Part shown: piece after piece, positions 17,591-27,708 of the stretch
How positions within the stretch are numbered: position 1 is the stretch's first letter
Layout: each line of letters opens with the position of its first letter
Origin: Anaerolineales bacterium
GTDB lineage: Bacteria; Chloroflexota; Anaerolineae; Anaerolineales; E44-bin32
Assembly (NCBI GenBank): GCA_034430895.1
Contig: DAOUDW010000038.1
Span: forward strand, 2,982 to 66,981
DNA length: 64,000 nucleotides
Direction: 5' to 3'
Program-made: the position numbers and the translations under genes
Notes under the pieces: generated by a model
The model's input: the letters and a program-made list of their open reading frames with translations, nothing else
Databases searched by the model: none
What the model was told of the DNA's origin: nothing

Positions 17591-19951
17591 ATGAGATTGT
17601 TTTTCTTCAGCATGGCCTGGCTGGCCGGGATTGGCATTGGTCGTGCCGTCTCCATTAATCCCGCACAATGGCTGATACTCGGGGGAGGTTCGCTGCTGGC
17701 GCTGCTCGTTTTCCGCCGGAATCCCATCCCTCGCCTGATCTTCATGGCCACTTTTTTCTTTTCATTCGGAGGACTGCGCTATGTGACATCCATCCCCAAG
17801 ATCGATTCTTCGCACATTGCCAGTTACAACGATCGCGGTAAATTGGTAACCATTGAGGGCATCGTCGCCGCATCACCCGATTTGCGCGATTCGTATACAG
17901 GCCTGAAAATCGGGACGTTGCGCGATCCAGAACCTGAGAGTGGAAGTCCGCGACCGATCAGCGGCAAGATTCTGGCATATGTCTCGCCGTTTATTGATTA
18001 CCACTACGGTGATAAAGTCCGTGTGACTGGTTTGCTGGAAACCCCTCCCGAGTTTGAAACATTCTCCTATCGTGAGTACCTCGCCCGACAGGGCATTCAC
18101 AGCCTGATACAGGATCCCGAGATCGTCGTAATAGACTACCGTGTGGGGAATCCCCTCCTGCAGACGATATATGGTTTTCGCGCCCGCGCTTTGGAAATCG
18201 TGCAAAAGCTTTTCCCCGATCCTGAAGCATCGTTACTGGCCGGAATTTTATTGGGCATCGAGAGCGGCATCGCACCCAAAGTCCGCAAAGCATTCGATGC
18301 CACAGGTACGACTCACATCATCGCCATATCCGGATTCAATATCACCATCATTAGTGCACTTTTCATCTCGCTTTTCGGTCGCTGGTTGGGCGTTCGACGC
18401 GGCGCTGTCGCTGCAGGTTTGGCCATCGCCGTATACACCGTCCTCGTTGGCGCGGATGCAGCCGTTGTTCGAGCAGCAATCATGGGCGGTTTCGTTCTGC
18501 TGGCCAATCGAATCGGTCGGCAAACCCACGGCATGGCTTCTCTGGGAGGCGCTGCGATGGTGATGAGCGTCATCAATCCATGCGTGCTCTGGGATGTGGG
18601 CTTTCAGCTGTCATTTGCAGCCACACTGGGACTCATCCTGTACGCAGAAACCCTCCAGGATTGGTTCGTACGTACAACCAGTCGATGGTTGGGAGACGGC
18701 CTTCCTGAACGCCTCGCCGAACCCGTCGGAGAATACATCCTCTTCACCCTTGCGGCACAAGTCACCACACTGCCGCTGATCGCCTACTACTTCCGTCGTA
18801 TCTCGATCGTTTCCTTTCTCGCCAATCCTGTGATTCTACCGGTGCAGCCTGCAGTGATGATCCTGGCAGGACTGGCCGCCCTGGCGGGATGTCTCTGGCT
18901 GCCTTTAGGGACGGTACTCGCCTGGATTGCATGGCCGTTCGCCGCATTTACGATCCGAGCGGTTGACTTTTTCGCCACATGGCATTCGGCCAGCATCCCG
19001 CTGGGGCCTGTACCGATCGTCGTGGTCTCATTTTCTTATCTTGCTTTGTTTGGGATCACTGCCTTCTTGCGAATATCGACGGAGCAGCATCCCCGCTTGC
19101 ATCGCATACGCACTTGGGCGTCATCGCTGCGTCTCTCGAGCACATTGTTGCTATCGACCCTTGCGGTACTCACTGCGTTGACCTGGCGCGCGGTCGTGAA
19201 CCGGCCTGATGGACGTTTGCATCTCACCATGCTCGAAACAACCGGCGGCGATGCCATTCTGATCCAGACCCCTACCGGAAGATATGTCCTTGTCGACGGC
19301 GGCGCCAGCACAATGCGCTTATCCACCGCACTTGGACAACGTCTCCCACTACTCGCCACACATCTCGATTGGCTCGTAATCGGCGGCACCCGCGAAGACC
19401 AGATCGCCGGATTGGCAGGCGCCATCGATCGATTCTCGATCGGCGGTGTCCTCATCACCGGAGAGCCAAATGGTCCTGCATACAGCAAGTTATTGGACGC
19501 GCTGTTGGAAAAAGGCATCAATATTCAGCAAGCTGCCTGCAAACAAAAGCTCGACCTCGGTTCAGGTGCCACCCTCGAGGTCATTGCGGTCAGTCAACAC
19601 GGTGCGATTCTACTGCTTACGTTCGAACGGGCGAGCTTCCTGCTTACGCCCGGCGCGAATCCCGAAATGATCCGTGAATTGGAGCATAATCGCAGCTTTA
19701 CAACGCTTACGGCATTGATGCTTGCAGACAGTGGATATCATGCGGTAAATCCACCCACCTATCTCACAAGCCTGCGGCCCTGGCTGGCCTTGGTTTCGGT
19801 TGAAGCAGGAAACGATCGCAAGCTGCCCGACCCGCGGGTTCTGGCAGCCCTGCAGGGAACGACGGTCCTGCGCACCGATCGTCATGGTTGGATACACTGC
19901 GTCAGCGATGGGAAACGCTTGTGGGTGGAGACCGAGCGAGGGAGGGATTAA
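17591..19951 (+). CDS. comEC: DNA internalization-related competence protein ComEC/Rec2 with C-terminal MBL-fold domain
   Basis: Polytopic membrane core with the HIIAISGFNITII motif. The C-terminal metallo-beta-lactamase-like part has GGDAILIQTP. Start at MRLFFF behind GGGGGA. Confidence 0.85.
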   Translation: MRLFFFSMAWLAGIGIGRAVSINPAQWLILGGGSLLALLVFRRNPIPRLIFMATFFFSFGGLRYVTSIPKIDSSHIASYNDRGKLVTIEGIVAASPDLRDSYTGLKIGTLRDPEPESGSPRPISGKILAYVSPFIDYHYGDKVRVTGLLETPPEFETFSYREYLARQGIHSLIQDPEIVVIDYRVGNPLLQTIYGFRARALEIVQKLFPDPEASLLAGILLGIESGIAPKVRKAFDATGTTHIIAISGFNITIISALFISLFGRWLGVRRGAVAAGLAIAVYTVLVGADAAVVRAAIMGGFVLLANRIGRQTHGMASLGGAAMVMSVINPCVLWDVGFQLSFAATLGLILYAETLQDWFVRTTSRWLGDGLPERLAEPVGEYILFTLAAQVTTLPLIAYYFRRISIVSFLANPVILPVQPAVMILAGLAALAGCLWLPLGTVLAWIAWPFAAFTIRAVDFFATWHSASIPLGPVPIVVVSFSYLALFGITAFLRISTEQHPRLHRIRTWASSLRLSSTLLLSTLAVLTALTWRAVVNRPDGRLHLTMLETTGGDAILIQTPTGRYVLVDGGASTMRLSTALGQRLPLLATHLDWLVIGGTREDQIAGLAGAIDRFSIGGVLITGEPNGPAYSKLLDALLEKGINIQQAACKQKLDLGSGATLEVIAVSQHGAILLLTFERASFLLTPGANPEMIRELEHNRSFTTLTALMLADSGYHAVNPPTYLTSLRPWLALVSVEAGNDRKLPDPRVLAALQGTTVLRTDRHGWIHCVSDGKRLWVETERGRD

Positions 19952-20255
19952 ATCCGAATTCCGGAGGCGGTTCATAGGTATAACGACTGTTTTACGTCTT
20001 ATACATCGCCCACGTACAATCCCATCCTCTTCGTACCGCAGGCGGTACATGATCCTATCTGCTGAATGTCTTTTACTCTCTTTGATCGTTTGCCCGAAGA
20101 CCTGCGCGACCCCCACCCAGGGATTATTACGATCTTAATCACACCGGGGATATATCCCGAGAAAGATGGCTCACACTTAAATTCCCCATCACCTGTAGAT
20201 CATCCATCAAGGCTGACAAATGTCGTACCTGTTTAAAAAACATCGCCAAATCCAC

Positions 20256-22130
20256 TCAAGGATACTTTACAACCAAATTATCGAAAGCGACCGAAAAACC
20301 ACCTTCTTCGTACGTTCCGGCGATCAAACCAATGTCGCCGTTCGTGAAGGAATAATCCGTAACCTGGGCGACGACGACATCATCGATGGCCAGGGTCAGT
20401 TCATTGCTGATACATGCCGCCGTGATGGAGTAGGATCCGTCCTGGGGGATCTCACGCGTGTAATCCCATTCCCACAGCCACTCGCTGTAGTACTCTTCCA
20501 TTTTCCAGATTGAGAACCAGCCATCTCCCGTCATTGTCATGGCGTAAAAATTACCTTCATCATCTGCGCGACACATCACACCAAAGTCACCACCTTCAAC
20601 GGGTGTGATGATGCGGGAATCGACCGTGAGAATGATGTCGCTAAAATTCTCGCCAGGGGTTCCCCAAAAAATATATCCTTTCATATCGATTTGAATTGTA
20701 TACTCACCATTCCTATACCCCACGAATATACCCTCATAGCTTCCATGGTCCCATCCCGATGATCCTTTGGAAAAATCATCCTGGTAGACGATCGTATTGC
20801 CTCGTGGCATGGAAATATCGGGTTTGGGTTGCTCGATGATGTTATATTCCCCGCGCTGTGCGGCTTCGATCAAGGGCATCGCCAGATCGATGGGACGCAG
20901 CGCATTGATAAATCCACCTGTGGGGATACAGTTGTCTCGACCATCCACGACGCCATCACGATTGGTATCGACGATCACACGGCAATCTACGTATTGATCA
21001 TCGCCTCCATACCCCAACTGCGTGGGAATGGCCACCAGATATCCAGATGCATCGACCACCAATCCACCACTGTTGCCGCCTGCGATTGTCGCTGAAGTTT
21101 TAATAAAAGCCCGGTCGCCGTACGTTTCTTCAGAGGTAAAACCACTCACTTCACCACGGGTGAGAGTGATCGTTTGCCCACCGATGCCTGGATAACCCAG
21201 AATGATTAATGAGTCACCCAATTGAATTTGACCGGATTGTCCCAAAGGAACAACTGGTAATTGTAATTCGGATGGATCAACCGCTTTCTTATCCATATCG
21301 GTTGTGATGCGAATCACGGCAACATCAAGCTGCCAGTCGGCTTGAAGCACTTCGGCATAATACGTATCGACAGGCGGCTGATCCGCTTCACCGGTCATTG
21401 AAATCTTGAGCGCATCGACGGCGAAGAACTTATCCGACGATACAACGTGTGCATTGGTCAGGATCAAACCATCACTCGAGATGATCGAGCCCGATCCACT
21501 CCAACCAGAGGTCAACTCTCCGTTGTCCATATACATAGCAGTTATTTTCACAACAGAGGAGAACGGAATTTCAGATGTGGGTTTCGGAGCTTCAGTCTCA
21601 TCGACGCTTCCTTCCGGCTCTAGAGCCACCTCTTCTGCCGCTGCGCTAATCACCACACGTGTATTTGCCGACACCCGACTGGAACCTGCCTTTACGTCGA
21701 AATTTCCATTGAAATCAATGGCGTCGATTGCCTGCAGGCGAAAGCGGAATTCGCGCACTTCCTGGGGGACGAGAATAAAATCGATCACAAAACCCGTCAT
21801 GGAACCATCATTCACTTGATTGAGCGATCCAGGGAAGACATCGAGCACAACCGCAGCCTCAAGGAGACTCTGCGGTAGCAGAATCTGATCCACAACCAGA
21901 TTGTCACCGCTGAGGTTTTCAACGGCGATGAAAACCTCGAACGTTTCTCCGACCATGACCATAGAAGGCGTGCGCGCCTCAGCTTTTATGGATTGTGAAG
22001 AACCGGAAAGAAAACCAAAGCCGTTCTCGAATATTCCTGTGTTGGCGATCACGAACACCCCGACCACAATCAACACACCGACATTCGCAATCACCAAAAT
22101 CGCAATGATCGTTCTTGATCTACCTTTCAT
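20256..22130 (-). CDS. membrane-anchored trypsin-like (S1C/HtrA-like) serine protease with C-terminal lectin/DUF1080-like domain
   Basis: N-terminal TM helix, TNAHVV (His), DVAVIRI (Asp) and GNSGGLVVD (Ser). No PDZ domain recognised. Confidence 0.8.
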   Translation of the reverse strand: MKGRSRTIIAILVIANVGVLIVVGVFVIANTGIFENGFGFLSGSSQSIKAEARTPSMVMVGETFEVFIAVENLSGDNLVVDQILLPQSLLEAAVVLDVFPGSLNQVNDGSMTGFVIDFILVPQEVREFRFRLQAIDAIDFNGNFDVKAGSSRVSANTRVVISAAAEEVALEPEGSVDETEAPKPTSEIPFSSVVKITAMYMDNGELTSGWSGSGSIISSDGLILTNAHVVSSDKFFAVDALKISMTGEADQPPVDTYYAEVLQADWQLDVAVIRITTDMDKKAVDPSELQLPVVPLGQSGQIQLGDSLIILGYPGIGGQTITLTRGEVSGFTSEETYGDRAFIKTSATIAGGNSGGLVVDASGYLVAIPTQLGYGGDDQYVDCRVIVDTNRDGVVDGRDNCIPTGGFINALRPIDLAMPLIEAAQRGEYNIIEQPKPDISMPRGNTIVYQDDFSKGSSGWDHGSYEGIFVGYRNGEYTIQIDMKGYIFWGTPGENFSDIILTVDSRIITPVEGGDFGVMCRADDEGNFYAMTMTGDGWFSIWKMEEYYSEWLWEWDYTREIPQDGSYSITAACISNELTLAIDDVVVAQVTDYSFTNGDIGLIAGTYEEGGFSVAFDNLVVKYP

Positions 22131-22384
22131 CAAACACCTCTTACAAATCTGGCAAGTCGTGCAGTGTTCCCTGCCTGGCAAACAAACCACAGCCTGCGTT
22201 TTGCTTACGCTGAATAGTATAGGATTTCGCAATGGATGACAACATCCAAATCATCATATATTAATAGCTCCTGCTAACGAGTTGATATTCCCATCCGACC
22301 AATCAATAAGCTGTAAATTATAGTTCTCATTTTCTGCAATTTTGAATACACTTATGGAAACCCGAAACCATCGAGGAGAGAACG

Positions 22385-23524
22385 ATGATTGCCAGCGACC
22401 CAAAAGCCATGTTGATGGCTCAACTCCAACCTTGGCATGAAGCTATCGCCGATCCGGCCAACACACAGCAGAACGTGCTTCATCGCTTGCTTGAAGATTA
22501 CGCCAAGACAAAATATGGTGCAGAACACGGCGCTTCGCAGATCGATTCGATTGAAGCATACCGCCAGTCCTTCCCCATTGCCACCTACGAAGACTTCAAG
22601 CCGCTCATCGATCGTGTAATGGCAGGTGAAACCGATCTCCTCCTTGCCGAGCAGCCCATCGGCTGGGCGATCACCCGGGGCACGACTGCCGGAGAATCGA
22701 AATTCATCCCCATGACACCGACCGACATGGGAATGCGCGTGGCCGCTGGCCGCGCAATGATGAATTATGTCCTGGAAAGCGGCCGTTTCGACCTCTTCCA
22801 GGGTGTCAACCTAAACTTGAACTTCCCCTCTCATGTCGGCACGGTCAAAGTCGGCGAGAAGGAATTGGCGTACGGCTACAGCTCTGGTATCTACACCAAA
22901 TTCGTCTCGGAGAAAACCCCGATTCGCTCGATGCCGACGCAAGACGAGATCGATGCGCTCGGCGGTGGCAAGACGATACGGGATTGGGAAGCTCGTTTCG
23001 AGCTGGCGTACCAAAAATGCAAGGAGGAAAACGTCACACTCGTGGGCGGCGTTGCCCCAACAGCCATACGTTTTGCACGCTACCTGCGTAAAAAGCACGG
23101 CCTATATCCCAAAAACTTGTGGAAAACACAAATCATGACCCTCGGCAGCGTTCCTGGTATCAACACGCGGCACAAGGCCGCGCTGACGGCGCTCTACGGA
23201 TCAGTCGCCATCAGGGAGATCTACGGAACGACGGAGGGCATGTTCGGTCAGCAGCTTGACGAGAAAAAAGCCTGGGGACCAAACTACGACTTGTTCTTCC
23301 TGGAGGTATCGACACATTCTGGGGTCAAGATGCTGCACGAGATGCGTAATGGGGAAATGGGAAACCTCGTCGTATCCACGCCCATTTTGCCTCGCTATGC
23401 AATCGGTGATCGCATCCTTTGCATCAAGAAACCCTATTACCGCTGTATCGGACGAGATCGCTGGTGGACACCATTGGACTATGCGTGGAGCGAATTTTCT
23501 ACATTAAACATGGGCCGTCTGTAA
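22385..23524 (+). CDS. GH3-family (acyl-adenylate-forming) protein, unusually short
   Basis: YEDFKPLIDRV, TRGTTAGESKFIP and RYAIGDRI follow the GH3 pattern. It ends about 40 aa after the RY-IGD motif. Confidence 0.55.
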   Translation: MIASDPKAMLMAQLQPWHEAIADPANTQQNVLHRLLEDYAKTKYGAEHGASQIDSIEAYRQSFPIATYEDFKPLIDRVMAGETDLLLAEQPIGWAITRGTTAGESKFIPMTPTDMGMRVAAGRAMMNYVLESGRFDLFQGVNLNLNFPSHVGTVKVGEKELAYGYSSGIYTKFVSEKTPIRSMPTQDEIDALGGGKTIRDWEARFELAYQKCKEENVTLVGGVAPTAIRFARYLRKKHGLYPKNLWKTQIMTLGSVPGINTRHKAALTALYGSVAIREIYGTTEGMFGQQLDEKKAWGPNYDLFFLEVSTHSGVKMLHEMRNGEMGNLVVSTPILPRYAIGDRILCIKKPYYRCIGRDRWWTPLDYAWSEFSTLNMGRL

Positions 23525-23564
23525 ATTCCAGCCGGCCCATCACAATCGAAACCCAGGGAACCGA

Positions 23565-24029
23565 TCAGGTTTGTTTTCGAGCGCCTCGAACGATAATCCA
23601 CAAACCGACCACAATAATGATCAGCGGCCAGATCAAGTTCGAGTTGGTGATGTCCCCCAACCCGCTGCCAAACAGGAGTACACCGAGAACCAGGCTGCCC
23701 CCTATCGGACCGCTGTAGGCCGGCACGGTGAGGCGAATCAAGACTTCCACCAACAACAATAGCCCGGCTCCAGCCGTTACGTAGGACCACGAACCTGCAT
23801 TTCCGGGTAAACTGATGTCATCCAGAAAGCCCATATTCCAGATCAGGAAAAATACACCGGCCCAGATCAATATCCCGGCCCAAATGATGGATGAAAGCGG
23901 ATCGCGGCTCCATTTCTCTTCCCACCGCTTGCCCATTTGTTTCTCTTGAGTCTTTTCATCCATCTTTTCATCCATCCCCCATTCCTTCTCTTCTTTTTCG
24001 CTCATCTGGGTTTTTTGCTTGTCATTCAT
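23565..24029 (-). CDS. small membrane protein with Lys/Glu-rich N-terminus
   Basis: Four predicted hydrophobic helices after a charged 40-aa head. No family assigned. Confidence 0.55.
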   Translation of the reverse strand: MNDKQKTQMSEKEEKEWGMDEKMDEKTQEKQMGKRWEEKWSRDPLSSIIWAGILIWAGVFFLIWNMGFLDDISLPGNAGSWSYVTAGAGLLLLVEVLIRLTVPAYSGPIGGSLVLGVLLFGSGLGDITNSNLIWPLIIIVVGLWIIVRGARKQT

Positions 24030-24302
24030 AACGTCACTCCTCCTCCTGATCTATTCTTGATAGGCTTCTTACTTTTCGTCACGCAGGAACGCTTCAGTTG
24101 ATTTCGACGATGCGCAATCCAATTTAGGTTTACCGGCATCCAAACGAATACCAAACGAAGCGCACATTCATTGAAAATATGATACACGAGAAAATCTGCG
24201 AACTCAATTTATCAATTGCGTTGTCGGAACAACCAGGGGATGTGCCTTGTATTTATAGATCGAAAACGACGAGCGTGCGACGGTTTACGAACGCAGCAGG
24301 AT

Positions 24303-24983
24303 TTAGTCCAGCGCTTCTGAGATGTCGTGTGCAGCTTTTCTTCTCCAACGCTTGCGGAAAGTAGCGATGCGATTCAAAGCGCTGTAACGAAGCCTGCTGG
24401 CAGCTGTGCGGATGGGTGAAAGCCGCAGAACGAGCAGCAAGACAACGATCGCCATATAAACCAGCGGCACACGAACACCCGTTTTCACCAGCCAAGCATA
24501 GTGCACTGTCGCCAGGAATGCACTGAGGTATACGAAACGATGGAGCCGTTTCCATTTCTTTCCAAGCCTGCGCTGCCAACCTCGGGTAGAGGTAAATACA
24601 AGGGGTATGAGCAGCAGACCAGATGCGAGGCCCACGAGTGCGTAGCGTTTTTCGAAAAGTGCGTCCTTCAACAACCCAAAATCGAAAGCGTAGTCGATAC
24701 CGATGAAAATGAAGAAATGCACACCCACATAAAGTGCCGCGTAGAGCCCCAGCCACTTACGCATCGGGATCAATTGCCGCAGGCCAAATATTGTGTTCAA
24801 CGGGGTGATCGCAAGCAAGACGATCAATAACACCAGCGCGGTTTTACCCGTCCGCAATGTCGCCGCCTGTATGGGATTGGCCGTGAGGTCGTTTTGAACC
24901 CAATCGAAGAGCAGCAAACCCATTGGCGTCAACGCTGCTGCATGTGTGACGAGTTGTATCCCGGCGCGTCGAGTGTTTGTCAT
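24303..24983 (-). CDS. msrQ: protein-methionine-sulfoxide reductase heme-binding subunit MsrQ
   Basis: Six-TM ferric-reductase-like protein with conserved His in TM helices. Overlaps the msrP stop. Confidence 0.85.
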   Translation of the reverse strand: MTNTRRAGIQLVTHAAALTPMGLLLFDWVQNDLTANPIQAATLRTGKTALVLLIVLLAITPLNTIFGLRQLIPMRKWLGLYAALYVGVHFFIFIGIDYAFDFGLLKDALFEKRYALVGLASGLLLIPLVFTSTRGWQRRLGKKWKRLHRFVYLSAFLATVHYAWLVKTGVRVPLVYMAIVVLLLVLRLSPIRTAASRLRYSALNRIATFRKRWRRKAAHDISEALD

Positions 24984-25927
24984 CAGAAAAATATCGAAGG
25001 ACTCTGATTGGGATAAAGAGAAGATACTTCTTCGGTATAGCCGTTGAACAGCAAGGTTTCTCTTCGTCCGCTTTCTCCGATACGGCGTTCCGTCGCCTGA
25101 GACCAGCGTGGATGGGGAACCTCAGGATTAACATTGGCGTAAAATCCGTACTCATTGGGCGCGGCCGCCATCCAAAGAGATGTCGGCTGTTCCGCAACCA
25201 GATCGATCTTGACGATCGATTTGATGCTCTTAAACCCGTACTTCCAGGGCACGACCAAACGGATGGGCGCACCATTTTGAGCGAGCATACTTTTGCCATA
25301 CAGTCCGGTGGCCATAATCGTCAAATCATGCATGGCCTCATCGATACGCAGCCCCTCCACGTACGGCCAGGTGTACCAGGGGCTGTTCTGCCCCGGCATC
25401 TGATCCGGATCATAGAGTGTCTCAAAACGCACATACTTGGCGTCCGCCATTGGTTCGACATCCTGCAACAAACTGGCCAGGGGAAAGCCATTCCACGGGA
25501 TCACCATGGACCAACCTTCTACGCACCGCATGCGATAGATCCGCTCTTCGTCCATGAAGCTTCGTAAATCATCAATATCGTAGACCTTTGGATTATGGAC
25601 CAAACCACCCACTTCGACCTGCCAGGGAGAAGTCCGAAAATTCCCTATGAGGTCAGCGACGCCGGTTTTGTCGACGGTAAATTCGTAAAAATTGTTGAAA
25701 TTCGTGACATCAATAAAGCTGGTAAGCGGATCACCCAATTCGTCAACCGTTGCCGTTGTCTCCGGCGGCATTTCATCTTCGCTTGTTGAAATAACAGGCG
25801 TTGTTCTTCCGCCACAAGCAGCCAGGAGGATCGAGCCCGAGGTCAGTATCCCCGCCCCCTTCAAGAAATCTCGTCTCGAATAATACAAATGCTCCGGCGT
25901 AATCTCTGAGGAACGTATTTTCACCAT
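24983..25927 (-). CDS. msrP: protein-methionine-sulfoxide reductase catalytic subunit MsrP (molybdopterin)
   Basis: Tat signal [10 protein letters not shown] and a YedY-like core ([20 protein letters not shown]). ATG at 25927 behind GGAGG. Confidence 0.9.
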   Translation of the reverse strand: MVKIRSSEITPEHLYYSRRDFLKGAGILTSGSILLAACGGRTTPVISTSEDEMPPETTATVDELGDPLTSFIDVTNFNNFYEFTVDKTGVADLIGNFRTSPWQVEVGGLVHNPKVYDIDDLRSFMDEERIYRMRCVEGWSMVIPWNGFPLASLLQDVEPMADAKYVRFETLYDPDQMPGQNSPWYTWPYVEGLRIDEAMHDLTIMATGLYGKSMLAQNGAPIRLVVPWKYGFKSIKSIVKIDLVAEQPTSLWMAAAPNEYGFYANVNPEVPHPRWSQATERRIGESGRRETLLFNGYTEEVSSLYPNQSPSIFF

Positions 25928-26189
25928 TTCAACCTCCACATTGGAATAACCGACCCAAGAAAAAGAATGTCACCCTAGATTATCTATATACTACATTTTA
26001 CCTCACCACACGAAACTTCCAATCTGCACCTGCAGAGAACACAGAAATCAGGCCTTTCAGGTAAATTTGCGTAATTATTTACTTTTTTTAGGATCAAAGA
26101 GAGGAAAAGGTGTTACGATAAAAATCGATCCGGAGGGGAAACAGAATTTCCACTTAGACCTGTAGAATGATCGCAACAAACGAGCAATA

Positions 26190-26579
26190 TCAACCAAAAT
26201 GCGCCGGGAGGTACTTCGTTATTTCGTTGCGAAATTGTTTGATCGAGAAAGGTTTGGGCACAAAAGCATTCGCGCCGGCCTCCAAAGCTTTCGTTCGATC
26301 TTCCGGCATTGCCTTCGCACTGATGATGATCGTCGGAATTTGAGACCATGCAGGTGCAGATCGTATCTTGCGCACCAGGCATATTCCATCGACTTCCGGC
26401 ATCATGATGTCCGAAAGGATCAAATCCGGCGTACAACACTCAAGCAGCGCCAATGCCTGGTGGACGTCATAAGCCAGATGGACTTCATATCCGTCAGAAG
26501 TCAATAATTCCTGCATGATCGCACAATAAACAGGATCATCGTCGACAACGAGTACAACTGGGGTACAACGGTGGTACAT
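26190..26579 (-). CDS. single-domain response regulator (CheY-like)
   Basis: VLVVDDD, LILSDIMMPEVDG, IIISAK and KPF. Confidence 0.85.
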   Translation of the reverse strand: MYHRCTPVVLVVDDDPVYCAIMQELLTSDGYEVHLAYDVHQALALLECCTPDLILSDIMMPEVDGICLVRKIRSAPAWSQIPTIIISAKAMPEDRTKALEAGANAFVPKPFSIKQFRNEITKYLPAHFG

Positions 26580-26855
26580 AATATTCAGGCTCTATCCCAT
26601 AAATGCAATACTCAAAAGCTGCACGTTTTATGCCAACACATCGATTCGTAGAAATCTACTCGTTAAAACGATATTCCCATCCAGGGAAAAGACGCCGCTC
26701 CTGGAATGGAATGCTCAATGGTAGTAAAACATTGGGATCATACAAGCAGGAGCGAATTTGCGCTGCACACCACTCCCGCCTCGAAGACTAGAATTTCATT
26801 TTCGTCGATCGTTGTAATGATGAACCCTGTTTAATCCAAAAACGTTTGCGTGTCT

Positions 26856-27083
26856 TTACTCCTCACCCGGATTACGCCGCTCCCGCAACGCACTCAACTC
26901 GCCTTCCAATTGCGCCATCCGCGTGTCATAGGCCTCTCGAATTTCCTCGCGTAATTCCTCTCCACGTTTCTGCACACGCGCACGAAATTCTTCGCCGGAT
27001 GTTGGGGCCAGCAACAGTACGGTTACTGCTCCGACGAGCGCACCACACATGATGCCTGTGAGAAAGGTCATGAAACGTCGCAT
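26856..27083 (-). CDS. YtxH-like small membrane-anchored protein
   Basis: N-terminal helix GALVGAVTVLLLAPTSGEE followed by a charged coiled segment. Strong SD GGAGGAGG. Confidence 0.6.
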   Translation of the reverse strand: MRRFMTFLTGIMCGALVGAVTVLLLAPTSGEEFRARVQKRGEELREEIREAYDTRMAQLEGELSALRERRNPGEE

Positions 27084-27459
27084 TGTCCACCTCCTCCCGG
27101 GAGATTATCGCATAGATCAAAACGAAGTCCAAGAAATGCACGATAATAAATTGCTTGTCGATAACCATCGAATCGGATCTGCATGACGATTTCGATAGTC
27201 GTTCCATCGATTGTAACACCTGTCTCCGGGCAAAGCCTCACCACTGCAGATCAAGTAGAGAGAACACGATAACACTGGCTGTGACAGATTTTCCACAACC
27301 TAAAACGACAACTCCTTCGATTTGGTTGCCTTTCCCAAAGCATCTGCGATATACTCGCTTTTGAGTTAATCGTCACTATCTATATGCACCCGAACCACAA
27401 ACCAGGAGCGCTCCTCCCGGTTGTGTATAAGAATGAGTTGAAGAATAACGGAGGATGTC

Positions 27460-27696
27460 ATGGCAAAAATCACCATCGAGTATTGCGCCGCTTGACATTA
27501 CACAGATCGAGCTATCGGTGCGATGGCTGAAGTATTGAAGAAATATGAAATGCAAATTGATGAAATTACGCTGATCCCCTCCGACGGAGGTCGATTTGAA
27601 GTAACCGTTGATGGCAAATTGGTCTATTCGAAACTCGCCACAGGACGCCACGTCGAATCAGGTGAGACAGCGAAATGCGTTGGTGAAAAGCTTTAG
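27460..27696 (+). CDS. SelW/Rdx-family redox protein with in-frame UGA (candidate selenocysteine) in a CxxU motif
   Basis: GGAGGA at 27450-27455, ATG at 27460. Translation is MAKITIEYCAA-TGA(27493-27495)-HYTDRA...LIPSDGGRFEVTVDGKLVYSKLATGRH...; the TAG stop at 27694 overlaps the trpS SD. The UGA aligns with the second Cys of the family CxxC/CxxU motif. Confidence 0.8.
27503..27529 (+). promoter_or_regulatory. candidate bacterial SECIS hairpin
   Basis: CAGAUCG (27503-27509) pairs with CGAU..CUG (27521-27529) with a GG bulge. The 11-nt loop contains GGU and starts about 15 nt after the UGA. Hand-folded only. Confidence 0.35.
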
Positions 27697-27708
27697 GAGG
27701 AAACACCG

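Noticed and set aside
27400-27422. Palindrome AACC-AGGAGCGCTCCT-CCC-GGTT in the leader of the SelW-like gene
   Set aside because: It could be an operator or a hairpin. It has no U-run, no obvious alternative pairing with the SD, and no second copy in the window, so the evidence is too thin for a call.
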